A DNA stretch of 64,000 bases from Trueperaceae bacterium (GTDB lineage: Bacteria; Deinococcota; Deinococci; Deinococcales; Trueperaceae): assembly GCA_965213705.1 (NCBI GenBank), contig OZ243913.1, positions 192,001-256,000 of the forward strand, read 5' to 3'. Shown here piece by piece: positions 43,641 to 53,251 of this stretch. A program made the translations under genes and the position numbers. The notes under the pieces were generated by a model, which was not told the DNA's origin, made no database searches, and saw only the letters and a program-made list of their open reading frames with translations. The number at the start of each line of letters is the position of its first letter. Position 1 is the stretch's first letter.

Positions 43641-45277
43641 ACTCCTTGCTGTTTCCGCGCAGCCCAACCGCGCTAGGGGGGATGCTGGCGGCCCTGTTCA
43701 ACGCCGCGCTGCGGGTAGCGCTCGTGCCGCTGTTCGTCACGCCGGTGTTCGACAGGGTGCTCGTAGGGCACGACCTGTCGGCCTGGCCGCGGCTGCTCGC
43801 CACGGGCGCGGGTCTGGCACTCGTTGGCGCGGGGGCGCTGTTCGCGCAAGACGCCCTCCTCGGCAGCGCCGCCGCACAGGTCACGGCAACCTGGCGGGAG
43901 CGGCTGTACACCGCGTTGTTGCAACTGCAACCCGGTAAGTTGCCCGGCACCAGCGGCGGCTTAGCGAGCCGCATCCTCACCGACCTGAAAGACGTCGAAA
44001 CGTACTACCAGTTCGGCCTCGGCACGCTTGTCGCTGAAACGCTGACCCTGGTGGGCATCTTTGCGGTGTTGTTCGTCTACAACCCTGCGGCCACGCTTGT
44101 GCTCTTGGGCCTCGGCATGCCGCTCGTGGCGGTGTTGGCGTGGCTCGGGCAAAGGCTCGAGCGCACCACCACCCATGCCCAGGAGGGCACCGAGGCGGTC
44201 GGCGCACACTTGCAAGAGGGTTTGCGTCACCACGCGGTCGTGCGCGCCTTTGCAGCGCTGCCCTTTATGACCGGGCGCTTTGAAGCGGCCAACCGGGCCA
44301 CGCGCCGGGCGAACGTGCGGCGCAGCGTGCTGGCCTCATTCCAAACGCCGCTGTCGCAGGTTTTGGTGTTCGCGGCCGTCGCGGTGCTGGTAGCGTTTTT
44401 AGCCACCAGCGCCGCGCAGGACCGGATGACGACCGGCGAGGTTGCGGCTTACCTCGTGCTCGTGCTGTTGCTCGCCACCCCGGCGCAACTCTTGCCCAAA
44501 GGCTACGCGCTTCTGGTTCAGGCGAGCGCCGCGCGGCGCAGGTTGTACGAACTCCTCGGCACGCCGCCGACGGTGGCGAAGATATCTCTAACCAAGACGG
44601 CTTCGAGGTGGAACGGGCTCGAGCTTGACCGCGTAACCTTCGCCTATCACGAGGTTCCCGTGTTGCAGGACATCACCTTGAGGCTGCCCCCCCACGGTTT
44701 AGTCGCGCTCGTGGGTGAGTCGGGCAGCGGCAAGACGACGCTGTTGCAAATTCTGCTGGGCTTTTTGGAGCCGGATGCCGGGAGCGTCTACCTAAATGGA
44801 GAGGTCCTCGCCACCCTACCCGAAGCCGAACTGCGCGCGCGCGTCGGCTATGTCCCGCAGACGACCGACCTGCTGCGCGGCAGCGTGCGCGACAACCTCT
44901 TGCTAGGCCGTGACGTTGCGGACGAGGTTTTGTGGTCGGTGCTGGAGGTAACGGGTTTAGCTGCAATGGTGCGCGGCCTCGTCGGCGAGTTGGACTATGT
45001 TTTGAAAGAAGACGGCGTCGGCCTGTCGGGCGGGCAAAAACAGCGCCTGGCGGTGGCTCGAGCGCTCCTCAGCGAACCGGACTTGTTGCTGCTGGACGAG
45101 CCGAGCGCCAACCTGGACACGGACAGCGAGCGCGCACTCGTCGCCACCTTGCAGCGCGAGGCCGAGCGGCGGCTGGTGCTGGTCGTGGCTCACCGCCCGG
45201 CCCTGGTCGCGGCGGCGAGTCGGGTGCTCGAGCTGCGCGGCGGCCGTCTGTTTGAACGCACCGGAGTCACCCTTTGA
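43637..45277 (+). CDS. MsbA-like ABC exporter (TMD+NBD)
   Basis: TM domain, GESGSGKTT, LSGGQKQR, LLLDEPSANLD. Context suggests a lipid flippase. Confidence 0.82.
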   Translation: MNSLLFPRSPTALGGMLAALFNAALRVALVPLFVTPVFDRVLVGHDLSAWPRLLATGAGLALVGAGALFAQDALLGSAAAQVTATWRERLYTALLQLQPGKLPGTSGGLASRILTDLKDVETYYQFGLGTLVAETLTLVGIFAVLFVYNPAATLVLLGLGMPLVAVLAWLGQRLERTTTHAQEGTEAVGAHLQEGLRHHAVVRAFAALPFMTGRFEAANRATRRANVRRSVLASFQTPLSQVLVFAAVAVLVAFLATSAAQDRMTTGEVAAYLVLVLLLATPAQLLPKGYALLVQASAARRRLYELLGTPPTVAKISLTKTASRWNGLELDRVTFAYHEVPVLQDITLRLPPHGLVALVGESGSGKTTLLQILLGFLEPDAGSVYLNGEVLATLPEAELRARVGYVPQTTDLLRGSVRDNLLLGRDVADEVLWSVLEVTGLAAMVRGLVGELDYVLKEDGVGLSGGQKQRLAVARALLSEPDLLLLDEPSANLDTDSERALVATLQREAERRLVLVVAHRPALVAAASRVLELRGGRLFERTGVTL

Positions 45278-46032
45278 CTTACAATCTTTCTGTTTACGAC
45301 CACCCCGACCTCTACGACGCCCAGTACGCCCACTACCGCGAGGACCTGCCGTTTTACACGCGCACGGCTGAGGACTACGGCGGTCCGGTCTTGGAACTCG
45401 GGGCCGGCACCGGGCGCGTCACCGCGGCGCTGGTGCGCGCCGGTCACGAAGTTGTCGCCGTGGACTCTTCCAGCGCGATGCTCGAGCGGGCCGCGACGCG
45501 GTTGAGAGAGGCGGACTTGCTCGAGCGTGTGACCCTCGTTCAGGCCGACATGCGGAGTTTAAAACTCGGGCAGCACTTTCCCCTCGTCCTCGCGCCGTTC
45601 AACACCCTCATGCACCTGTACACCGTGCCCGACCAAGACGCGGCGCTCTCAGCGGTGCGGCGGCACCTGGCCCCGGGTGGCGCGTTCGCCCTCGACCTTT
45701 ACAACGTTTTCGAGCCGAACCTGGGCGTTATGGGTGTCGTGCGACAGGAAGCCGAATGGCGCGGGGTCGGCGGCGCGAACGCCGAGCTGTTTTTGGTGCA
45801 GCACCACGACCGGGACGAGCAAGTTTTGGAGTCTCGCTATTACCTTGATACGGTGGGCGAGGACGGCGGCTTGACGCGGCGGACGGCCCTGTTGAAGCAG
45901 CGTTATTACACGCGCTTCGAACTCGAGCACGCCCTCTCGCGGGCCGGGTTTACACAGCTACAGGTTTACGGAGGTTTCGACAAACGCCGCTACAGCCACG
46001 ACGCGTCGCATCTCGTCGTGGTTGCAAGGTAA
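45274..46032 (+). CDS. Class I SAM-dependent methyltransferase
   Basis: VLELGAGTGRV, VDSSSAML, QADMR. Overlaps the ABC gene stop. Confidence 0.9.
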   Translation: MTYNLSVYDHPDLYDAQYAHYREDLPFYTRTAEDYGGPVLELGAGTGRVTAALVRAGHEVVAVDSSSAMLERAATRLREADLLERVTLVQADMRSLKLGQHFPLVLAPFNTLMHLYTVPDQDAALSAVRRHLAPGGAFALDLYNVFEPNLGVMGVVRQEAEWRGVGGANAELFLVQHHDRDEQVLESRYYLDTVGEDGGLTRRTALLKQRYYTRFELEHALSRAGFTQLQVYGGFDKRRYSHDASHLVVVAR

Positions 46033-46037
46033 CTCGC

Positions 46038-46238
46038 TCAGGCTTTGGCTCTACGCTTGTCTTGACGGATGTCTTGGCGGCGCGCAACGCGTTCGTCCTC
46101 GAGCGCACGCGCCTCGTGCTTGGTTATGCCGTGATTTTTTGCGTCGTAGTTGACGTAAGCCGCGTCGTCGGCGAAGTAACTGCAGCGACACACAAACTCG
46201 TCCTCGAGCAAGCGCAAAGAATTTGGTTTCAGGGCCAT
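46038..46238 (-). CDS. Small hypothetical ORF (66 aa), possibly an antitoxin remnant
   Basis: TATACT-5nt-ATG leaderless signal inside an imperfect palindrome. N-terminus MALKPNSLRL. Confidence 0.35.
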   Translation of the reverse strand: MALKPNSLRLLEDEFVCRCSYFADDAAYVNYDAKNHGITKHEARALEDERVARRQDIRQDKRRAKA

Positions 46239-46310
46239 GTAAAAGTATACAAACATTTGTGGCCGCTGTGGTGAGAGGGTCCGAAAACGAACGGCGGCTC
46301 ACCTGCGTTC

Positions 46311-46396
46311 GTCATTCCGAGCGCTAGCGAAAGAATCTCCCGGCAGTATGGTAAAAGCGAGATTCTTTCACTTCGCTTTGCTACGTTCAGAATGAC
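46311..46396. repeat. GTCATT..AATGAC palindromic REP/MITE-like element
   Basis: GTCATTCCGAGCG..GAAAGAATCTC ... GAGATTCTTTC..CGTTCAGAATGAC. Confidence 0.75.
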
Positions 46397-46530
46397 AGAA
46401 GGATGTTCAGCGCCATCTTCTCTTCAGTATCACTTCAAAAGGGGCCGGAGCACAATAGCTCGAGTCCGAAACTTGCTTTATCCGTTGCGGCGCATATATT
46501 ATCAGGCTTTGCCGCCGCGAAAGGGTAAAC

Positions 46531-47478
46531 ATGGACTTGACCGTTGTCGAAAGCCTCAAAGGAAGAGATTTTCTGTCGCTCGCCGACCTTACGCCTGACG
46601 AGTTCGGCGGGTTGTTAGAAAGCGCGCTCCAACTCAAACGAGCTTGGAAAGAAGGGGAACGGCCCGCGCCGCTGCGCCACAAAACCCTCGCCATGATTTT
46701 CGAAAAGCAGTCGTTGCGCACCCGCTCGACCTTCGACATCGCCATGTACCAGCTCGGCGGGCACTCGGTGTTGCTCAGTCAGAACTACATCGGTTGGGGC
46801 GTGCGCGAGACGATTAAAGACGTGGCGCACAATTTGGAGCGCTGGGTCGAGGGCATCATGGCGCGCACCTATGGGCACAAAACGCTGCTAGAACTCGCAG
46901 AGCACGCCGACGTGCCCGTCATCAACGGGCTGTCCGACCTGCTCCACCCGTGCCAACTCACGGCGGACTACTTAACCATGAAAGAGACGTTTGGCGAGCT
47001 GGCAGGTCTCAAGATTGTATTCGTCGGCGACGGCAACAACGTCGCCAACTCGCACGTCAACGCGGCTGCCCTGAGCGGCGCGCACCTCACCGTTGCTTGC
47101 CCGGAAGACTTCGACCCGGACGCGGGCGTGCTGGCGGCGGCTCGAGCCGCAGGCGCGCACGTCGACATCGACCGCGACCCGCGCGCGGCCGCCGCGGGCG
47201 CGGACGTTCTCTACACCGACGTGTGGATTTCGATGGGCCAGGAAGAGGACACCGAGCGCCGCCGCGAGGCGTTTGCGGGTTATACCGTCACGCCCGAGTG
47301 GTTCGAAGATTTATCCCCCCGCGGTGTCTTCATGCACGACCTGCCCGCCCACTACGGCGAGGAATGTACCGAAGCGGCCGTCTACCACGAACGCTCCCGC
47401 GTCTTCGACCAGGCCGAGAACCGGCTCCACGCGCACAAGGGCATTCTGTTTCAACTTTTGGGCGACGGGGTACATTAG
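46531..47478 (+). CDS. argF: Ornithine carbamoyltransferase
   Basis: FEKQSLRTR, INGLSDLLHPCQ, GDGNNVA, DVWISMGQE, DQAENRLH. Confidence 0.95.
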   Translation: MDLTVVESLKGRDFLSLADLTPDEFGGLLESALQLKRAWKEGERPAPLRHKTLAMIFEKQSLRTRSTFDIAMYQLGGHSVLLSQNYIGWGVRETIKDVAHNLERWVEGIMARTYGHKTLLELAEHADVPVINGLSDLLHPCQLTADYLTMKETFGELAGLKIVFVGDGNNVANSHVNAAALSGAHLTVACPEDFDPDAGVLAAARAAGAHVDIDRDPRAAAAGADVLYTDVWISMGQEEDTERRREAFAGYTVTPEWFEDLSPRGVFMHDLPAHYGEECTEAAVYHERSRVFDQAENRLHAHKGILFQLLGDGVH

Positions 47479-47482
47479 AGGC

Positions 47483-48547
47483 ATGGCGCTTCTCCGTGTC
47501 GGCATTTTGGGCGCAAGCGGCTACGGCGGGGCCGAACTCGTCCGCCGGTTGCTGAACCATCCGCAAGTGGAGGTGACGGCGCTGGGCTCGAGACAGTACC
47601 TCGGCCAGTGCGTCGAGAGCGCCTGGCCGCAACTTGTCGGGCGTTTGGAACACCTCACGTTTCAGGACAATGACGAGGTTATTGAGAACTGTGACGTGGT
47701 GTTTTGCGCTACCCCGCACGGCGCGACCGCGCCACTCGTAAAACAGGCGCTCGACGCAGGCAAAGAGGTCATCGACCTGTCGGCGGATTTTCGTTTGCCT
47801 ATGGCCGTGTACGAGGAATGGTACGGCCCGCACCCGCACCCGGAGCTGTACGAACTGGCCCGGTACGGACTCGTCGAACTGCACCGGGACGAGCTTGCAG
47901 ACGCAGCACTCGTGGCGGTGCCGGGCTGCAACTCGAGCGCCGCCATCTTAGCTCTAGCGCCTCTCGCCGCTGCCGGGCTGCTCGGGCCGGACGTCGTCGC
48001 CAACGTCATCACGGGCGTGTCGGGGGCGGGGCGCGCCCCCGCACTCGGTTTTCACTTTGCCGAAGCGAACGAAAACACCAAACCCTACAAGGTGGCAGGC
48101 ACGCACCGGCACACCGCCGAAATCGAACTTACGCTGGGGCGTTTGCAACAGCGGGGCAAACGCCTTACAACCCACCGCGAAGCTCAAACTCACACGGTCA
48201 GTTTCAACCCGCACCTCGTCCCGATGACGCGCGGTATTTTGGCGACGTGTTATACCAAACCCCAGCACGCGCCGAGCGAGGAGGCGTTGCTCGAGCTGTA
48301 CCACAGTTTCTACGAGGAGGAACCGCTAGTGAGTTTTCAAGAGGACCTGCCGCAAACCAAAGCCGTCTACGGCAGTGACCGCACCGTGGTGAGCGCGCGC
48401 GTCGACAAGCGGAGCGGACACGTCGTCGCCTTCGCGGCGCTCGACAACTTGGGCAAGGGCGCGGCGGGGGGCGCGGTTCAGGGGTTCAACGTCGTTCACG
48501 GTTTTGAAGAAACGCAAGGCCTCGTCCTGAACGGAACATGGCCGTGA
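47483..48547 (+). CDS. argC: N-acetyl-gamma-glutamyl-phosphate reductase
   Basis: GASGYGG, IDLSADFRL, PGC, GVSGAGR, DNLGKGAAG. Lies between argF and argJ. Confidence 0.92.
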   Translation: MALLRVGILGASGYGGAELVRRLLNHPQVEVTALGSRQYLGQCVESAWPQLVGRLEHLTFQDNDEVIENCDVVFCATPHGATAPLVKQALDAGKEVIDLSADFRLPMAVYEEWYGPHPHPELYELARYGLVELHRDELADAALVAVPGCNSSAAILALAPLAAAGLLGPDVVANVITGVSGAGRAPALGFHFAEANENTKPYKVAGTHRHTAEIELTLGRLQQRGKRLTTHREAQTHTVSFNPHLVPMTRGILATCYTKPQHAPSEEALLELYHSFYEEEPLVSFQEDLPQTKAVYGSDRTVVSARVDKRSGHVVAFAALDNLGKGAAGGAVQGFNVVHGFEETQGLVLNGTWP

Positions 48548-49692
48548 AGCTGCCGCAAGGCTTTCAAGCTGCGGGCGTCACGGCGGGCCTGAAAGCTTCG
48601 GGCAAGCCCGATTTGGGCGTGATTGTCTCCCAAACGCCGCTCGTGTGGGCGTTCACGTCTACCGAGAACCGGCTCAGGGCGGCGTGCGTCTCGCGCAACC
48701 GGGCGCGCTACAGCAGCGACCGGCTCGTTCACGGCGTCGTCGTCAACAGCGGCAACGCCAACTGCGCCACGGGCGAAGCGGGCATTTGGGACAACGAGGA
48801 CTTTGCCGCCATGAGCGCCGGCAGCCTCTCTCTCGGCCGGGCGCAAGACCTGCTCACGGCCAGCACCGGGGTGGTGGGTCAGCGCTTGCCGGTGGACATC
48901 CTCAAAAAAGCCCTGCCGAGCCTACGCTCGGCACTCACCGACACCTCGGACGGTTTTGCGCAGGCGATTTTGACGACCGACTTGGTGACCAAACAGGTCG
49001 AGGTCGAACTGCCCCGCGGGGGCCGCATCGTCGGCGTCGCCAAGGGGTCGGGCATGATTCACCCGAACATGGCGACGATGCTCGGGTTCGTGATGACCGA
49101 CGCGGTCGTTTCACAAGCCGACTTGCGTGCGTTTTGGCCGGACATCGTGCGGCGCAGTTTCAACCAAACTACGGTAGACGGCGACACCTCGCCCAACGAC
49201 ATGGCAGTCGTTTTTTCCAGCCGCCAAGTGACGGTGCCGCCCGAGGCGTTGTTCGAAGGCCTGGGTCAAACCGCTACCCAACTGGCCAAGATGATTGCCC
49301 GCGACGGCGAAGGCGCGACCAAACTTTTGAACGTCCGCGTTACGGGGGCGCGCAACGACGAAGAAGCCAGAAAAGCCGCTCGAGCCGTCGCGAGAAGCCC
49401 GCTGGTGAAGTCGGCCGTCCACGGCAACGACCCTAACTGGGGCCGCGTCTTGACCGCCATCGGTTATTCGGGGGCCATCATGAACGCGGCCGGGGTCCAG
49501 ATTTGCCTGCAAGGCTTCAGCGTTTACCGGGGCGAGCCTTTGGCGTTCGACAAGTGGACCATGTCGGAAGCGATGAAGTCCGAAGAGGTGTTGATAGAGG
49601 CCGACCTTGCCGCCGGCGAGGGCAGCGGCGAGGCTTACGGCTGCGACCTGTCGGCGGAGTACGTGCGCATCAACGCGGACTACACGACGTAG
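48538..49692 (+). CDS. argJ: Ornithine acetyltransferase / glutamate N-acetyltransferase
   Basis: NSGNANCATG, AKGSGMIHPNMATML, DGEGATK, GNDPNWGR, INADYTT. Confidence 0.96.
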   Translation: MAVKLPQGFQAAGVTAGLKASGKPDLGVIVSQTPLVWAFTSTENRLRAACVSRNRARYSSDRLVHGVVVNSGNANCATGEAGIWDNEDFAAMSAGSLSLGRAQDLLTASTGVVGQRLPVDILKKALPSLRSALTDTSDGFAQAILTTDLVTKQVEVELPRGGRIVGVAKGSGMIHPNMATMLGFVMTDAVVSQADLRAFWPDIVRRSFNQTTVDGDTSPNDMAVVFSSRQVTVPPEALFEGLGQTATQLAKMIARDGEGATKLLNVRVTGARNDEEARKAARAVARSPLVKSAVHGNDPNWGRVLTAIGYSGAIMNAAGVQICLQGFSVYRGEPLAFDKWTMSEAMKSEEVLIEADLAAGEGSGEAYGCDLSAEYVRINADYTT

Positions 49693-49756
49693 AAAAAACG
49701 GAGGCAAGAAACATCAGCCAAAACAGAAACACCGGTTCAGGCGGCGGTAGGCCATT

Positions 49757-50101
49757 TTAGGAAAGTTGTAAAGCTGCTCGGATGCCCGCCTCCACTACCG
49801 CCAACGCGTGAGGCGACAAGGCTCCCAGGTGCTCGGTCAGCTTGGCACGGTCAAGCGTTGTGATTTGATGGCACGCGACGCTCGCTTGGGCGAGACCGGC
49901 TTCTCCTGCGGGGACGGGCACGGCGGTGGGTCCGCGCTGTCTTTGCGCTGCGGAGGTGGATAGTGGCACCACGATGACGGAACGCCAGGTCGGTGTCTCG
50001 TTGAAGGCGTCGTGAGAGAGAACGATGACGGGACGCCGCCCACGCTGCTCCGAACCGGAACGGGGCTGCAAATCAGCCCAGTAAACGTCGCCGCGCTTCA
50101 A
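49757..50101 (-). CDS. mazF: PemK/MazF family toxin
   Basis: MKRGDVYWADL.PRSGSEQRGRRPVIVLS, VVPLST, QITTLD. Confidence 0.92.
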   Translation of the reverse strand: MKRGDVYWADLQPRSGSEQRGRRPVIVLSHDAFNETPTWRSVIVVPLSTSAAQRQRGPTAVPVPAGEAGLAQASVACHQITTLDRAKLTEHLGALSPHALAVVEAGIRAALQLS

Positions 50102-50337
50102 ACGGCGTCGTCCAGTACCTCGAGCGCGGCTGCTTCCAAGTCTTTGTCGAGGTCCAGGCTCGTTCCGGCAGTGGTCGCGGCATAGGTCATAATTTGGCGG
50201 TGCAGTTCGACCTCGCGCTCGAGCGCCGGATAGGACGCGGCGCGGCGCTCGAGCAAAAAGCTGGCAAAGTCGTACACCTGCGCTTGCAGTTCAGGTGGTA
50301 AGCGGTCGATCAGCGCGTGAAGCCCAGACGTAGTCAT
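50098..50337 (-). CDS. Putative antitoxin with DUF2281-like N-terminus
   Basis: LPPELQAQVYDFASFLL, overlaps mazF start, TACAAT-6nt-ATG. Confidence 0.75.
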   Translation of the reverse strand: MTTSGLHALIDRLPPELQAQVYDFASFLLERRAASYPALEREVELHRQIMTYAATTAGTSLDLDKDLEAAALEVLDDAV

Positions 50338-50411
50338 ACGTCTATTGTAGAGCACGCAGCAAACAAACCCAATGCGTGCTGCGCACTTTATGTCTTTCCT
50401 CTTTTCCCTTT

Positions 50412-51803
50412 TTACTTCCGCCTGTTCGCAATATGTATCGCCATCCCGTGCGCCGCCTCGGCCGCTTCCATAAAACTCTCGGCGATGGTCGGGTGGGCGT
50501 GCTGGGTCAGCGAGATGTCCTCCAGCGTCGCGCCCATCTCAATCGCGAGGGCGGCCTCGGCGACCATGTCCCCGGCGCTCGGGCCGACCATGTGGAAGCC
50601 CAAAAGCAGGTCGGTCTCCTCGTCGCCGATGACCTTGACGAGTCCTTCGTTCGTGCCGAGGGTCGTCGCACGGCCCGAGGCGCTCAGCGGGAACTTGCCG
50701 ACGCGGATTTTGTGGCCCGCTTCCTTAGCTTCTTCCTCGGTCATGCCGACCGAGGCGAGTTCGGGACTTGTATAAATCACGCTCGGGACGATGGTGTCAT
50801 AGGCCGAGGGCTTGCCCGCCGCGTGTTCGGCGGCGACGAGGCCTTCTTTCATCGCCTTGTGCGCCAGCAGCGGCGGACGCGCCACGTCGCCGATGGTGTA
50901 GATGTGGTCCAGGTTCGTCTGCATGTGGTCGTTGGCAGGCGGGACGTAACCGCGGCCGTCGACCTCGACACCGATGTCTTCTAGGCCCAAACCCTTGCCC
51001 CTCGGGCGGCGACCGACCGCGACGAGAAGTTTGTCCACGGTGACCGTTTCTTGCTTGCCGTCTTTGTCCTCCAAGACGACCTCGATGCCCTTTTTAGTTT
51101 TCTTCTGGCTCACGGCCTTGGTGCCCGTTTTGATGGTGATGCCGCGTTTTTCAAACGACTTGTGCAGCTCTCTGGCCGCGTCCGGGTCGCTGGCCGGGAC
51201 GATGCGGTCCAGCAACTCGACCACGGTCGTCTCACTGCCGAGCGCGTTGTAGATGTCGCAGAACTCCAAACCGATGGCGCTGCCGCCGATTGCCATAAAG
51301 CGCTTCGGCACCTCGCTCATGACGAGCGCGCCCGTGCTGCTGACGATTGCCTCGCCGTCGGTCTCGAAACCGGGAATTTCAATCGGCTCCGAGCCGACCG
51401 CGACGATGAACTTTTCCGCGGTGTAACTTTTGTCGCCCACCTTGATGGTGTTTTTGTCGGTGAAAACAGCTTCGCCCTCGAGCAGGTCCACCTTGTTGCC
51501 CTTGAAAAGCATCTTCACGCCGCCCGTCATCTTGGCGACGACGCCGCTTTTCCATTTTTCGACCTGTTTGATGTCCACCTTGGGCTCGCCAAAGTCAATT
51601 CCGTACTCCTTGGCGTGTTTCGCCCCGCGCAGGTCTTCGGCGACGTGGAGCAGGGCCTTGGTGGGGATGCAACCGACGTTCAGGCACACCCCGCCGACAT
51701 ACTCTCGTTCGACACAGGCCGTTTTCAACCCGAGCTGGGCGGCGCGGATGGCCGCGTGGTAGCCGCCCGGCCCCGAGCCCACGACAATCAAGTCATAGTC
51801 CAT
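50412..51803 (-). CDS. lpdA: Dihydrolipoyl dehydrogenase
   Basis: GSGPGGY, GGVCLNVGCIPTK, HAHPTIAE. GGAGG RBS. Confidence 0.96.
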   Translation of the reverse strand: MDYDLIVVGSGPGGYHAAIRAAQLGLKTACVEREYVGGVCLNVGCIPTKALLHVAEDLRGAKHAKEYGIDFGEPKVDIKQVEKWKSGVVAKMTGGVKMLFKGNKVDLLEGEAVFTDKNTIKVGDKSYTAEKFIVAVGSEPIEIPGFETDGEAIVSSTGALVMSEVPKRFMAIGGSAIGLEFCDIYNALGSETTVVELLDRIVPASDPDAARELHKSFEKRGITIKTGTKAVSQKKTKKGIEVVLEDKDGKQETVTVDKLLVAVGRRPRGKGLGLEDIGVEVDGRGYVPPANDHMQTNLDHIYTIGDVARPPLLAHKAMKEGLVAAEHAAGKPSAYDTIVPSVIYTSPELASVGMTEEEAKEAGHKIRVGKFPLSASGRATTLGTNEGLVKVIGDEETDLLLGFHMVGPSAGDMVAEAALAIEMGATLEDISLTQHAHPTIAESFMEAAEAAHGMAIHIANRRK

Positions 51804-51911
51804 GACGTTCCTCCATACCCCCAGTTTAACCCGCAGGGTCTGCGGCCGAGGAGCGCGCAACACGCAATGCCGCGGCTACCGCGAAGACGCTCAAGTCACG
51901 AAAATGGGTTC

Positions 51912-52038
51912 GTCTTTGCGAGCGCAGCGCGGCAATCCCAAGCGCCGAGACTCGTCTGGCAGCGCTTTGCGTGAGGCTGCCTCAGTGCTAGGTTTCAGTG
52001 CAAGGTTGCCTCAATGCTTTCCACTCCCTCGCAATGAC
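51912..52038. repeat. Degenerate GTC(A)TTGCGAG..CTCGCAATGAC palindromic element
   Basis: GTCTTTGCGAGCGCAGCGCGGCAATC ... GGTTGCC..CTCGCAATGAC terminal arms. Confidence 0.65.
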
Positions 52039-52187
52039 TGTACAAACTGACTTTGTGGCTGAGCGGCGCACAACACACGGACCGCGCGCCTAGTTGCTCA
52101 CACTTTTTACAAAACTGTGAAAACCCTTATCCCCCAACCGGGGGATTACATGGTCTTTTGGTTTCAAGTAGGGTGACGGGTGAGTAG

Positions 52188-52754
52188 GTGGCGAGTCTAC
52201 CGGTTTGGGGCCGAACGTTGAAAAACTCAGGGGTTACGCTGCTGGAACTGCTTATCGTCTTGGCGATGCTCGGCATTTTTTTTGCCATCGGCGCGGTCAC
52301 CCTGCCGCGGGACAAGTTCGCCGTGTCCCAGGCGGCGAAGGGGTTGGCTCGAGACTTTCAGGCCGCCCGCTTCGAAGCCATCAGCCGCAACTGGTTCGTC
52401 GGGCTGCACTTAGACCCTGCGACCAACAGCTACCTCATCTACTGCGACAATCCCGTCAATGGCACAATCGGCAACATTATCACTGACTGTCGAGACCCGG
52501 ACTTCGACCCTTTCGACAAAGCTTCCAACAAACAGTACGACGCGGGCAGCGATGTCGTTTTAAAAACCGTGACCCTGTCGAACGACTACGGCAGCCTCGT
52601 CAAGCTCGTGCCCGCCAACTATTCGGCCACGGTTTTCGACCCGCGGGGCAACGTCTACAACGCCGCCAACAAGACGATACAGCTCAGCAACGCGCGGGGC
52701 GGCTACGTCCAAAAAGTCATCCTGAGCCAACAAGGAAGGGCGCGCATCGAATGA
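52188..52754 (+). CDS. Type IV minor pilin (FimT/GspH-like)
   Basis: Class III signal KNSG|VTLLELLIV, ARFEAISRN. Start may be TTG 52218. Confidence 0.85.
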   Translation: MASLPVWGRTLKNSGVTLLELLIVLAMLGIFFAIGAVTLPRDKFAVSQAAKGLARDFQAARFEAISRNWFVGLHLDPATNSYLIYCDNPVNGTIGNIITDCRDPDFDPFDKASNKQYDAGSDVVLKTVTLSNDYGSLVKLVPANYSATVFDPRGNVYNAANKTIQLSNARGGYVQKVILSQQGRARIE

Positions 52755-53251
52755 GGCGAGACGGTCTCACGCTCACTGAGGTCTTGGTCGCGCTGGTCGT
52801 CATCGCGGTTGCGTTTATGGCGCTGGCGAGCGTGCAACTCTCGAACCTGAGTGTGACCAGAGAATCGACGCAAGTCTCGACAGCCACACAGTACGCAAAC
52901 GATTTCTTAGAGGAGAAGACGCGCGAAGTTTTCAAAAAAACAGGCGCAGGATACGCGATTTCAGACTTTTACGCGTGTCCTGACACCACGGCCGTCACCT
53001 GCAGCTTTTCGGAGACGAAGGACCCTTACACGCTTACCGTGAACTTCACAGGCTTGTACCGAGAACCCACCGGCGCAGAAACGCGGACGGTGGACGAGTA
53101 CCTGAACGAAGGCCTTGTCAGGGCGGACGTGGTCGTCACCGGGCCTGCCGAGGTGAGTTTCAGTTCTTACATCAGTTGTTACGACGTGGCTCAAACGACG
53201 CAGCTCGAGCCCATCACCGGCGACCCTTGCCAGAAACCTTACGAACCCTGA
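52751..53251 (+). CDS. Type IV minor pilin (PilV-like)
   Basis: RRDG|LTLTEVLVAL, Cys pairs. Confidence 0.85.
   Translation: MRRDGLTLTEVLVALVVIAVAFMALASVQLSNLSVTRESTQVSTATQYANDFLEEKTREVFKKTGAGYAISDFYACPDTTAVTCSFSETKDPYTLTVNFTGLYREPTGAETRTVDEYLNEGLVRADVVVTGPAEVSFSSYISCYDVAQTTQLEPITGDPCQKPYEP

Noticed and set aside
47483..48547. lysY rather than argC (GCN at the catalytic Cys)
   Set aside because: Flanked by argF and argJ with no lysW/lysX/lysZ nearby, so argC is more parsimonious.
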